This document shows positions 12,137 to 20,781 of a stretch of 64,000 nt of DNA, one piece after another. Position 1 is the stretch's first letter, and each line of letters begins with the position of its first letter. The notes beneath the pieces are model-generated. The model was not told the origin of the DNA. It saw only the letters and a program-made list of their open reading frames with translations, and made no database searches. The DNA comes from Sphingomonas sp. Its GTDB lineage: Bacteria; Pseudomonadota; Alphaproteobacteria; Sphingomonadales; Sphingomonadaceae. The stretch lies in contig JANXUU010000133.1 of assembly GCA_025356055.1 (NCBI GenBank), forward strand, positions 11,570-75,569, in the 5' to 3' direction. The translations under genes and the position numbers were made by a program.

Positions 12137-12579
12137 GGACCCGCGGCGGCGAGCGCCTCGGCGGCGTGGCCCGGGACCTTGACCTTTGGCCAGGCACGCA
12201 CGACCCTGCCGTCGCGGATCAAGAATGTCGCGCGTTCCATTCCCATATATTTACGGCCGTACATCGACTTTTGGACCCAGGTGCCGAACGCGTCGCTGAT
12301 CGCGCCGTCTTCGTCGCTCGCGAGCGGGACGGCGAGGTCGTACTTGGCAATGAACTTGTCATGCTTGGCCATCGCGTCGCGCGACACGCCAACGACGCGC
12401 ACGCCTGCGTTCGCGAATTCGGGGGCGAGCGTGGTGAAGTCCTGCGCCTCGCGCGTGCATCCCGAAGTGTCGTCCTTGGGATAGAAATACAGCAGGATCG
12501 CGCCCCTCGCGAGGTCGAGAGTCGAGCCGTCGCTGAGCTTCACCGCCATCGCGGGGACTGGGTCGCCTTCACCGATCAT
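12133..12579 (-). CDS. bcp: Peroxiredoxin BCP/PrxQ
   Basis: LYFYPKDDTSGCTREA motif. Confidence 0.93.
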   Translation of the reverse strand: MIGEGDPVPAMAVKLSDGSTLDLARGAILLYFYPKDDTSGCTREAQDFTTLAPEFANAGVRVVGVSRDAMAKHDKFIAKYDLAVPLASDEDGAISDAFGTWVQKSMYGRKYMGMERATFLIRDGRVVRAWPKVKVPGHAAEALAAAGP

Positions 12580-15254
12580 GTCTTCACCTCGTTCCAGAAA
12601 CTCGCGATCCTGTGCCGCGCCGCGCGCTCGGCATCAAGCAGCGTTTGCCAATCGGGCTGACCGCACGCTTCGGCGACGAGCTGACGACTGGCGGTGGCGG
12701 GCTGTCCGCCCTGCGCGACCAGCCTGAGTGTCACGAGCAAGCGGAGGAGCAGGCGCATGTCCTGATCGATCGCTGGATCGGCGAGCCCGGCCTCGGCGAG
12801 CCTGGCAATGGCCACTTCGAGCCGCGGGTCGAGGCCCTTGCCGTGGATCAACTGGAGCGTGTGGATAGCGAATTCCAGATCGACCAGCCCGCCCTCGCCC
12901 AATTTGACGTCGAGCGGCCCCGAGGGCGGCTTGTGGCGCGCCATGTCGAAACGCATTTGTCGCGCGTCGGCACGGACCTTGGCACCGTCGCACGGCGCGC
13001 TGAGCAGGGCGCGGATCATCGCCGCAAGCCGTTCGCGGGCCGGTGCACTGCCATAGACCGGGCGCGCGCGGCACAACGCCATATGCTCCCACGTCCACGC
13101 CTCCTCGCGCTGATAGCGTTCGAACCCGGCTAGGCTGACGGCGAGCATGCCCTCGCTGCCTTGCGGGCGGAGGCGGGTGTCGACCTCGTAGAGTGGCCCG
13201 GCGGCGGTGGGCACGCTGAGCGACGAGACGATCCGGCTGGCAAGGCGGTTGTAATAGTCGGTCGCGGTGAGCGGCTTGGCACCATCGCTTCGCGCGTTCT
13301 GAGGCGCGTCAAACAGGAAGATAAGGTCGAGGTCCGAAGCGTGGGTCAACGCCTGCCCGCCGAGCCGGCCGAGCCCCAGGATCATCAGTTCGCCGCCCGC
13401 TACCTCGCCATGCGCCGTGGCGAATTCGGCTCTGGTCGCATCGGCCAGCGCCCCGATCGCCCCCTCGGCAAGATCGCTATAGCCGCGCGCGATCACGAGC
13501 GGATCGCGATGCGCGGTGACCAGCTGGACACCATAGGCGAAGCGTCGCTCGTTGACCGTGCGCCGCGTGATTTCCAGCGCGCGATCGAGCGGTTCTCCGG
13601 CGACGGCGCGCGACAGGTCTGCGTGAATCTCGTCAGCGATGGCGGGCTCTGCGAAGCTCGAATCATCGATCAACCCGTCGAGCAGGTTCGGTCGCCGCGC
13701 CAACTGATCGGCGAGCAACGGCGCGTGGCTGAGCAATTGGGCGAGCAACCGGGCGAGCGCCGGGCGCGCTTCGAGCAGGCGGAACAAATTGACCCCGCTC
13801 GGCACGCGCTCGATCAGGTCGGCAAGTCGGTTCAGAGCGTGGGGCGGGTCCCCTGCCCCGCCGATCGCCGCCATCAGCGTCGGCAGCATCGCCTCGAACG
13901 CGGCGAGCGCGGCGGGTGAGCGCAGGGCGCGCGCCCGGCCACTGCGCCAGTCGGCGATCCGCCTGGCCGGCGTGGCGACGTCGGTAAAGCCGAACCGGCC
14001 AAGCTCGATACCCAACCGCTCGGGGTCCAGCGGCAATCGATCGCCGGGATCGCCGACCAAGGCGTCGAACTGGGCGCTCACGGCTCCGACATGCGGGGCG
14101 AGACTGGCGATGAGTTCCGACCCATCGGCCAACCCGGCCAGCCGCGCGACCGCGTCGAGCGCGGCAGGGTCGGCGGGCAAGCGGTGGGTCTGCTGGTCGT
14201 CGATCATCTGCACGCGGTGCTCGGCGGTGCGCAGCGCGCGATAGGCGGCGGCAATCACTCGGCCGACTTCGCGATCGATCCACCCTGCGGCTTCGAGCGC
14301 GACCAGCGCGTCGATCGTCGCGGGGGCGCGAAGCGAGGGGTCGCGTCCGCCGTGGATGAGCTGCTGAACCTGTGCAAAAAATTCGGCCTCGCGGATCCCG
14401 CCATTGCCGCGCTTGAGGTCGAAACCGGGGCCCAGGGCCTGGCCTTTCTCATAATGATCGCGGATCCGGATTGAGAGCTGACGGATCTCGTCGATTGCGC
14501 CGAAATCGAGTGCGCGGCGCCAGATGAATGGCTGAATTTCGCTCAGGAAATGGGTCCCCAAGGCGATATCTCCGGCGGCGCAGCGGGCGCGGATGAAGGC
14601 GGCGCGCTCCCACGGCAGGGCCGAGCTTTCATAATGCGCAATTGCTGCGTCGACGGGGAGCACGATCGGCGTAATTTCAGACGACGGGCGTAGGCGAAGG
14701 TCGACCCGCGCGACGTATCCGTCGGCGGTGCGCGCCTGCATCAACTCGACCACGCGCCGCGCGATGCGAACCGCGTTTTCGCCCCGGTCGTCGCGCTGGC
14801 GCTTCGGCAGCGTCACAGGATCGAAGATCAGGATGAGGTCGATGTCGGACGAGTAATTCAGCTCGCGGCTGCCAAGCTTGCCGAGCGCTAGCGCCGCCAT
14901 CCCGCGTGGCTCGGCGCCCGGCACGCGCTCGGTAATCGCCTGCGCGATGGCGGTGTCGAGCGCCAAGTCGGCGAAGTCGGACAAGGCGGCGGTGACCTGT
15001 TCAAGCGATAATTCACCCGCCAGGTCGCCGAGCGCGACGGCCAGCGCGAGCGCCCTCCTGCGGCGTCTGAGCAACACTCCGCCTTCGGCGTTTTCGCCCG
15101 AAATTGCCTTCGCGATGGCGGCTTTGGCACCTTGATCCGAGAATATTTTTATCAATCCTGGCAAGGCGTTGATTGCTTCGCGCAGGAAGGGAGCATTTGT
15201 CTTGGCGCGCTCGATCGCGATCGCCCGCAGCTCCGTTCCGGCAGCGTCCCTCAT
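12576..15254 (-). CDS. glnE: Glutamine synthetase adenylyltransferase/adenylyl-removing enzyme
   Basis: Two nucleotidyltransferase repeats (LGKLGSRELNYSSDIDL; LGRLGGQAL...SDLDL), DLRLRP and DTRLRP. Confidence 0.95.
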   Translation of the reverse strand: MRDAAGTELRAIAIERAKTNAPFLREAINALPGLIKIFSDQGAKAAIAKAISGENAEGGVLLRRRRRALALAVALGDLAGELSLEQVTAALSDFADLALDTAIAQAITERVPGAEPRGMAALALGKLGSRELNYSSDIDLILIFDPVTLPKRQRDDRGENAVRIARRVVELMQARTADGYVARVDLRLRPSSEITPIVLPVDAAIAHYESSALPWERAAFIRARCAAGDIALGTHFLSEIQPFIWRRALDFGAIDEIRQLSIRIRDHYEKGQALGPGFDLKRGNGGIREAEFFAQVQQLIHGGRDPSLRAPATIDALVALEAAGWIDREVGRVIAAAYRALRTAEHRVQMIDDQQTHRLPADPAALDAVARLAGLADGSELIASLAPHVGAVSAQFDALVGDPGDRLPLDPERLGIELGRFGFTDVATPARRIADWRSGRARALRSPAALAAFEAMLPTLMAAIGGAGDPPHALNRLADLIERVPSGVNLFRLLEARPALARLLAQLLSHAPLLADQLARRPNLLDGLIDDSSFAEPAIADEIHADLSRAVAGEPLDRALEITRRTVNERRFAYGVQLVTAHRDPLVIARGYSDLAEGAIGALADATRAEFATAHGEVAGGELMILGLGRLGGQALTHASDLDLIFLFDAPQNARSDGAKPLTATDYYNRLASRIVSSLSVPTAAGPLYEVDTRLRPQGSEGMLAVSLAGFERYQREEAWTWEHMALCRARPVYGSAPARERLAAMIRALLSAPCDGAKVRADARQMRFDMARHKPPSGPLDVKLGEGGLVDLEFAIHTLQLIHGKGLDPRLEVAIARLAEAGLADPAIDQDMRLLLRLLVTLRLVAQGGQPATASRQLVAEACGQPDWQTLLDAERAARHRIASFWNEVKT

Positions 15255-15285
15255 GATAAAAGCGCGTCGTTGTCGAGCATTGAGC

Positions 15286-15310
15286 GAAACATAGCGGCAT
15301 CTTGGCCGTT
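15286..15310 (+). promoter_or_regulatory. EcfG-type promoter
   Basis: GAAAC-N16-CGTT upstream of the small ORF at 15365. Confidence 0.6.
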
Positions 15311-15364
15311 GAAGAGATGATGACTTATTCCCGTCACAATCTGAGGAACCCGGAGACCGACCAG

Positions 15365-15508
15365 ATGGATCGCCGAATGATCAGAGTGGAATTTCCTCCA
15401 TCCCAGGCTGGGATCGCCGCTGCGCTGCGCCGCTCGTTCCGGGCGCTGCCAGCCGAAGCCGACACCTGCGCTGGCGATTTTGCGGCGCTGCTGTCCACCC
15501 TTAGCTAG
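15365..15508 (+). CDS. Small NepR-like protein (47 aa)
   Basis: GGAGA RBS; MDRRMIRVEFPP...GIAAALRRSF...DFAALLSTLS parallels the NepR core (I/VG.ALR..Y...LL..L). Confidence 0.6.
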   Translation: MDRRMIRVEFPPSQAGIAAALRRSFRALPAEADTCAGDFAALLSTLS

Positions 15509-15584
15509 AACCTGATCGTTTGGGCTGCGAGCGCTTCCACCTTCGTCGGTAGCGTAAGTCAGGCATCAATCAATAGCTGGCAGA

Positions 15585-16247
15585 TCATGCCGCCGCTCCC
15601 GACGACGCGTCATGGTTGCGGCTCAGTTCGTCGACTTCGCTCATGATCGTCTGCAGCGCTGTCTTGTTGGGATCGGTGACGTGTTGACGACGCGACGGCA
15701 GCTTCCCCCCGGTCAGCAGCGCTTCAAGCGCAACGCGGCCTCGCGCGACGCGGCTCTTGATAGTGCCGACCGCACAGCCGCAAATCTCGGCCGCCTCCTC
15801 ATAAGCAAAGCCGCCCGCGCCGACCAGGATCAACGCCTCGCGCTGCGGCTGCGGCAGGTGCAATAGCGCGCGCTGCATGTCGCCAAGTTCGATATGGCGA
15901 TCCTGGCTCGCTGGCGCAGCCAGAATCTTGGCGGCGGTGATGTCGTCCCATTCGCCCTTGAAACGCGCGCGCCGCATTTGGCTAAGGAAGAGGTTGCGCA
16001 GGATTATGAAGGTCCAGGCGCGCATATTGGTACCCGCCTGGAAGCGTTTGCGCGCAGCCCACGCTTTGAGCAGCGTTTCCTGTACGAGATCGTCGGCGAG
16101 GTCGCGGCTGCCCGAGAGCGATCGACCGAAGGCGCGAAGGTGCGGGATGACCGCGCCGAGCTGGTCCTTGAACTCGTCGTCGGGCAGCGGCACCGGCTCG
16201 GGCCGCGGCGGCTCGACATAATCATCGCCATCTTCGTCGGTAATCAC
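15585..16247 (-). CDS. ecfG: ECF sigma factor EcfG (sigmaT/RpoE2 type)
   Basis: PHLRAFGRSLSG, ADDLVQETLLKAW, AWTFIILRN, GTIKSRVARGR; located in the phyR/nepR locus. Confidence 0.92.
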   Translation of the reverse strand: MITDEDGDDYVEPPRPEPVPLPDDEFKDQLGAVIPHLRAFGRSLSGSRDLADDLVQETLLKAWAARKRFQAGTNMRAWTFIILRNLFLSQMRRARFKGEWDDITAAKILAAPASQDRHIELGDMQRALLHLPQPQREALILVGAGGFAYEEAAEICGCAVGTIKSRVARGRVALEALLTGGKLPSRRQHVTDPNKTALQTIMSEVDELSRNHDASSGAAA

Positions 16248-16328
16248 TTGGTGCCACCCTTGCGCACGAAGGCCGAAGCCTCGAATACGGTTTTAAACTC
16301 AATCGTGCGATCTGTCGAACTTAGTGCC

Positions 16329-16466
16329 TCAACGGTTGATGAACAAGATGAGCGCGAACAGCGCGATCACCAAGATCAGCCCATAGGAGAGCACATTGCG
16401 TGCGACGCCCGGAGTGCTGCCCGCGCGCGCTTCGGTGGTCGTGAGGTGTTCCTGTTCGTCGGCCAT
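16329..16466 (-). CDS. Small single-TM membrane protein (45 aa)
   Basis: MADEQEHLTTTEARAGSTPGVARNVL followed by a hydrophobic helix; perfect EcfG promoter upstream. Confidence 0.75.
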   Translation of the reverse strand: MADEQEHLTTTEARAGSTPGVARNVLSYGLILVIALFALILFINR

Positions 16467-16509
16467 GATGCTGTTTTCCGTTCCGCGAATAGATTCGGTT
16501 CGGACTAGC

Positions 16510-16534
16510 AACGAAGCGAACCCGGCCATGTTCC
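16510..16534 (-). promoter_or_regulatory. EcfG-type promoter
   Basis: Minus strand GGAAC-N16-CGTT, exact consensus. Confidence 0.8.
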
Positions 16535-16553
16535 CACGACCGGGCGCTTTCGG

Positions 16554-17354
16554 TCAGGCAGCGGGAACCGTCGCCGCGTCGAAGAACAGCGCCTGGCTGA
16601 TGGCCGCCTTGACGGTCGAACGCTGGAACGGCTTGGTAATCAGGAAGGTGGGTTCCGGACGCGTTCCGGTCAGCAGACGCTCCGGGAAAGCCGTGATGAA
16701 AATCACTGGCACCGAGAATTCGGCGAGGATGTCCTTGACCGCGTCGATCCCGCTTGAATCGTCGGCAAGTTGAATGTCGGCCAGGACCAGTCCCGGAGGA
16801 TGCTGGCGCGCCTGGGCGACCGCCTCGTCGCGCGTGACGGCGACACCGGTAACGTTATGGCCAAGGTCGCGGACGATCGTTTCGATATCCATCGCAATGA
16901 TCGGCTCGTCCTCGATGATCAGTACGTCGGCCAGCGTCTGGCGCTCGATTTCAGCCATTGCTTCGGACACCAGTCCGTCGACGTCGTCAGGGCTCGAGCC
17001 AATCAGATAGGCAGTGTCGTCGGTCGAAAAACCCTCGAGGCTGGTCAGCAGCAGCGCCTGGCGCGACAGTGGCGTGATTCGCGACAGGCGCGCGCGGGCA
17101 ATGCCCTCGGCATTGTTGTAACCGTCGCCGGGCTCATCACCTTCCTCGATATTGGCACTCGACCAGATCGCGTGGAAGGTGCGATAAAGGCCGAGGCGCG
17201 GATCGACATCGCGCGGAAAATCCTCGGGGCTGGCGACGATCGCCTCGAGCGCAGCGCGGACGAAGGCGTCGCCATGTGCCTGGCTCCCGGTCAGCGCACG
17301 GGCATAGCGGCGCAGGAACGGAAGATGCGGAGCAAGGTCCTGACCAAGCGACAT
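16554..17354 (-). CDS. phyR: Anti-anti-sigma response regulator PhyR
   Basis: N-terminal sigma-like domain (LPFLRRYARALTG) fused to a C-terminal receiver (IIEDEP, LADIQL, FITAFP, KPF). Confidence 0.96.
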   Translation of the reverse strand: MSLGQDLAPHLPFLRRYARALTGSQAHGDAFVRAALEAIVASPEDFPRDVDPRLGLYRTFHAIWSSANIEEGDEPGDGYNNAEGIARARLSRITPLSRQALLLTSLEGFSTDDTAYLIGSSPDDVDGLVSEAMAEIERQTLADVLIIEDEPIIAMDIETIVRDLGHNVTGVAVTRDEAVAQARQHPPGLVLADIQLADDSSGIDAVKDILAEFSVPVIFITAFPERLLTGTRPEPTFLITKPFQRSTVKAAISQALFFDAATVPAA

Positions 17355-17492
17355 AGACGGGGAAACTCCTGTTTCGGTACAAGCGTCGGTCCTATTGGGC
17401 GCGGGCTCGGATCGATGCAAGGGCAAGGGCACATCCCGGCCAGGCCGGACAGCGGTAAAAACATGGCTGCGGACAAAAGCATGAGCACCACC

Positions 17493-17519
17493 GGAACAAA
17501 GCTGCGCGGATTTGGTTTC
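17493..17519. promoter_or_regulatory. Overlapping divergent EcfG promoters for nepR (+) and phyR (-)
   Basis: Plus strand GGAAC-N16-GGTT (17493-17517); minus strand GAAAC-N16-TGTT (17519-17495). Confidence 0.7.
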
Positions 17520-17668
17520 TCGCTCTGGGATACATGAATCCGGCAGCCGATTGACGCCCCGCCGGAGCAATCATAGGGGCAGCGCACGCCGATTACGGAA
17601 TATTGCGTTAACAGGTAAATTAGTCGGGTAGGGCGTTGAGGCCTTGTCCGCCCTTGGGGGACGAGAGG

Positions 17669-17869
17669 TTGAGTGGCAGCGATCAAGCCGAACCGCGGGG
17701 CGACAGCGACGAAGGCCGGGAAGACGGCAAGGAAACAAAGGTGGCAGCGAATAAAAAATCGTCGAGCCGCCCCCGCGATGTCGGTCGCGCCTTGCGATCG
17801 GTCTATGACGATACGCTGCGTGAGGATGTTCCAGTCGATCTCATGGATTTGCTGGGACGGCTCGGGTAG
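17669..17869 (+). CDS. nepR: Anti-sigma factor NepR
   Basis: DVGRALRSVYDDTLREDVPVDLMDLLGRLG core; TTG start after a purine-rich RBS; divergent from phyR. Confidence 0.9.
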   Translation: MSGSDQAEPRGDSDEGREDGKETKVAANKKSSSRPRDVGRALRSVYDDTLREDVPVDLMDLLGRLG

Positions 17870-17899
17870 GATCAGGCTGCCCGTCGGAAACGCGGGCTG

Positions 17900-19423
17900 A
17901 TGCGCGGAACCTTCGCCCGGCTGCCGACCGCGGTTAAATTGCTTCTGATCATGTCGCTCGCGCTGATGCCGATCGGCATTGCGATGATCTGGACCGTGCA
18001 GAGCGGTATCGATCACGCCAATGCCCTGCTTGATCAGCGCGCCGAGGAGCAGGATCAGGCGGCGTCACGCGCGATTGAGAGCCTCATTGGGCGCAATGCG
18101 CTTGCTTTGCGCATTGCCGCCAGTGCCGCGATCGCGGTTCCGGGCGACGGTGATTGCGCGGAGGCCGGCCGCTCACTCAGCATCGCGCCAGGAGTCTCGC
18201 GCAACTTTTCGATTGAGCTTGCCGACGGTAGTGAGAATTGCGTCACCGCCGATTTTCGCCGCCCAACAGGCGCGCGATTCGCCCCGCCTGGCGGAATTGC
18301 ATTGTGGCTCGACCCGGCGGGCGGTGCGCTGTTTGTTCGAGTCGGGCTCGGCGGAGGTATGGCGACCGATCGGTTGCCGTTCGGCGAGCTTGCGGCCGCC
18401 GCACTCGACGTTGCCCCCACAATCGTCTCGTTGGGACTCGACGACGGGGTCCACGCCGCGCCCATCATCGGTAATCGCCGCGCGGTCTTCCACGGCACCC
18501 GGGCCAGCACACATCGAGTAGCTGGAGACCAGCTGGCGATCAGGGTTTCGGTCCACACGGAACGACTATCGACCGTTGAATGGCTGCTCCTGTTTTTGCC
18601 GACGATGATGTGGGTAATCGCCGCACTGGTAAGTTGGTGGCTGGTGTCGCGGCTGCTTATCCGCCCGCTTCGCCGGCTCGAACGAGCGGTCGCGACCTAT
18701 GACCCGTCGGCGGGCGGTTTCACCCTGCCGCGAGGTCTCGGACCCGCGGTCGAGATCGAGAGCCTCGGCAACGCTTTCGCGCGATCTGTCGAGCGGATCG
18801 AGAATAGCGAGCGCGAGATGGGCGATGCGCTCGAAGGCCAGCGCCGGCTCGTCCGCGAGGTCCACCACCGGGTGAAGAACAACCTGCAAGTCGTTGCCTC
18901 GCTACTTAGCATTCATGGCCGCAATGTCACCGCGCCCGAGGGCCGTTCGGCCTATGCCGCAATCTCCCGGCGGGTCGATGCACTCGCCGTCGTCCACCGC
19001 AACCATTTCGCGGAAGGCGAGGCCAATCGCGGGATCGCGCTGCGGCCGCTGTTCACCGAATTGGCGGCGGGATTGCGCGGCTCGGCACCCGACGAGGCAC
19101 GGCGGACCGCGATCCTGCTCGATGTCGACAGCGTCGCGACAACGCAGGACGTCGCGGTTGCCGCAGCCTTTCTTGCCACCGAAGTCGTCGAGTTTGCGAT
19201 GCTCCGCCAGCCCGCCTCGTCGATCGAGATCGAACTTCGTCGCACGAACGAACTGACCGCCCGCCTGACGATCGAAAGCGCTGTGCTGACCGAGCCCGAT
19301 GGCGAGGACAAGGAAAAGGTCCAGTTCGAGCGGGTCATCACCGGGCTTTCCCGCCAATTGCGGTCCTCGCTTGAACTTCGCCTCGGCCGGATGAGTGTCG
19401 AATTACCGGTTTTTCCGGCTTGA
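17900..19423 (+). CDS. phyT: Membrane HisKA_2 (HRxxN) protein with degenerate ATPase domain, PhyT/PhyP-like
   Basis: Two TM helices, HAMP, EVHHRVKNNLQVV H-box; N-box Asn and G1/G2 glycine boxes not recognisable; directly downstream of nepR. Confidence 0.75.
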   Translation: MRGTFARLPTAVKLLLIMSLALMPIGIAMIWTVQSGIDHANALLDQRAEEQDQAASRAIESLIGRNALALRIAASAAIAVPGDGDCAEAGRSLSIAPGVSRNFSIELADGSENCVTADFRRPTGARFAPPGGIALWLDPAGGALFVRVGLGGGMATDRLPFGELAAAALDVAPTIVSLGLDDGVHAAPIIGNRRAVFHGTRASTHRVAGDQLAIRVSVHTERLSTVEWLLLFLPTMMWVIAALVSWWLVSRLLIRPLRRLERAVATYDPSAGGFTLPRGLGPAVEIESLGNAFARSVERIENSEREMGDALEGQRRLVREVHHRVKNNLQVVASLLSIHGRNVTAPEGRSAYAAISRRVDALAVVHRNHFAEGEANRGIALRPLFTELAAGLRGSAPDEARRTAILLDVDSVATTQDVAVAAAFLATEVVEFAMLRQPASSIEIELRRTNELTARLTIESAVLTEPDGEDKEKVQFERVITGLSRQLRSSLELRLGRMSVELPVFPA

Positions 19424-19485
19424 TTGGTCAAATCGGTGCCGCGTTGGCAGTTTTTTTCGTCGCGCGTTTATTTTCGAAATAGCGC

Positions 19486-19511
19486 GGAACCAGTTCCGGA
19501 GATTGAGCGTT
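19486..19511 (+). promoter_or_regulatory. EcfG-type promoter with no downstream ORF
   Basis: GGAAC-N17-CGTT. Confidence 0.75.
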
Positions 19512-19517
19512 TTACAC

Positions 19518-19616
19518 TTCGGATAGCGACCTTTTGCCCCCCCGCTCTCGCTATCCGACTACATGGGCCCGGAACCGCCAACCTCCCCCCCCGGTGGCGT
19601 TTCCGGGCCCAAAAAA
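19518..19616 (+). ncRNA. Putative GSR small RNA (GsrN-like) with two C-rich loops
   Basis: 11-bp stem 19519-29/19548-58 with loop CCTTTTGCCCCCCCGCTC; 10+5-bp stem 19565-80/19595-610 with loop ACCTCCCCCCCCGG; EcfG promoter just upstream; ends are approximate. Confidence 0.65.
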
Positions 19617-19628
19617 TGTCTGGGACGT

Positions 19629-20405
19629 CTAGACCTCGATATTCTGTGGGTTCGTCGGCGCATTCCGCGCGGCGCGCCAGTGCGTGATTCGGATCGCGAT
19701 AATAGCGAATTCGTAGAGCGCGTAGAGGGGCACCGCGAGCAGCAGCATCGACACCGCGTCGGGCGGAGTGAGAACCGCCGAGACCGCCAGCACTATCACA
19801 GCCGCATAGCGCCGCGACTTCGACAGTTGATCGCGCGTCACCAGGCCGGCACGCTCCAAGATCATCAGCAGGATCGGCAGCAGAAAAGCGACTCCGAAGC
19901 CGAACAGGAAGCGCGTGACAAAGGTCAGGTAATTGCCCACCCCGGGCAGCGCCTCCTGCTGAACGCCACCGATATTGCCTTGGTAGCTGAGTAGATAATG
20001 AAGCGCGAAGGGCATCGTCACGAAATAGGCGAACGCCGCGCCGCCGATGAAGAACAGCGGGGTCATCAGCAGGAACGGCAGGAACGCGCGCTTCTCCTTG
20101 GCGTACATGCCGGGCGCGACGAACCGCCAGATTTGCGTCGCCAGCATCGGGAAGCTGATCATCAGCGCGGCGAAGAAGGCAACCTTCACCTGGGCGAAGA
20201 ACGCCTCGAAAATGTCCGTGTAGATGAGCTTTCCCTGGCCTGCCCTGAGCAGGGGCTGGACGAGGAAGGCGAAGATCGGCTTGGCGACGATCAGGCACAG
20301 ACCAAACGCGACGACCAGCGTCGAGACGGACCACAGCAGCCGTCGACGGAGCTCGACCAGATGCTCGAGAAGCGGCGCCTTGCTCTCGTCGAGGTCGCTG
20401 ATCAT
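19629..20405 (-). CDS. tatC: Tat translocase subunit TatC
   Basis: PLLEHLVELRRRL, WRFVAPGMY..E, LTPPD. Confidence 0.96.
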   Translation of the reverse strand: MISDLDESKAPLLEHLVELRRRLLWSVSTLVVAFGLCLIVAKPIFAFLVQPLLRAGQGKLIYTDIFEAFFAQVKVAFFAALMISFPMLATQIWRFVAPGMYAKEKRAFLPFLLMTPLFFIGGAAFAYFVTMPFALHYLLSYQGNIGGVQQEALPGVGNYLTFVTRFLFGFGVAFLLPILLMILERAGLVTRDQLSKSRRYAAVIVLAVSAVLTPPDAVSMLLLAVPLYALYEFAIIAIRITHWRAARNAPTNPQNIEV

Positions 20406-20770
20406 GGCAACTCGCGCGGCGGCGGGAGGTCGAGCGGAAGCGAAGGCTCGTCCGGCGGCGGCGGGGCCGCGTCACTTATCGCCAGTGGAGCGGTCGGCGC
20501 GGGCTGCGCAAACGGCTCAGGATAGATTGCGGTCGACGGGAATTGCGTCATGATATGCGCATTCTCGTCGCGCCATTTCTTTTCCATTTCCTCGAGTTCG
20601 GCCTCGCGCACGATATTTTCGATTCCTGCGGTGAAGTGCCGCGCATAGCCCCGCGCCCGGCCGACCCAGCGACCGACCGTCATCATCACCCGCGGCAGAT
20701 CCTTGGGTCCGATGAAGATCAGCGCAGCGACCGCGACGATCAGCAATTCTGAGCTGTCGATGCCGAACAT
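20402..20770 (-). CDS. tatB: Tat translocase subunit TatB
   Basis: MFGIDSSELLIVAVAALIFIGPKDLP. Confidence 0.95.
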   Translation of the reverse strand: MFGIDSSELLIVAVAALIFIGPKDLPRVMMTVGRWVGRARGYARHFTAGIENIVREAELEEMEKKWRDENAHIMTQFPSTAIYPEPFAQPAPTAPLAISDAAPPPPDEPSLPLDLPPPRELP

Positions 20771-20781
20771 CGGCGGGAATC

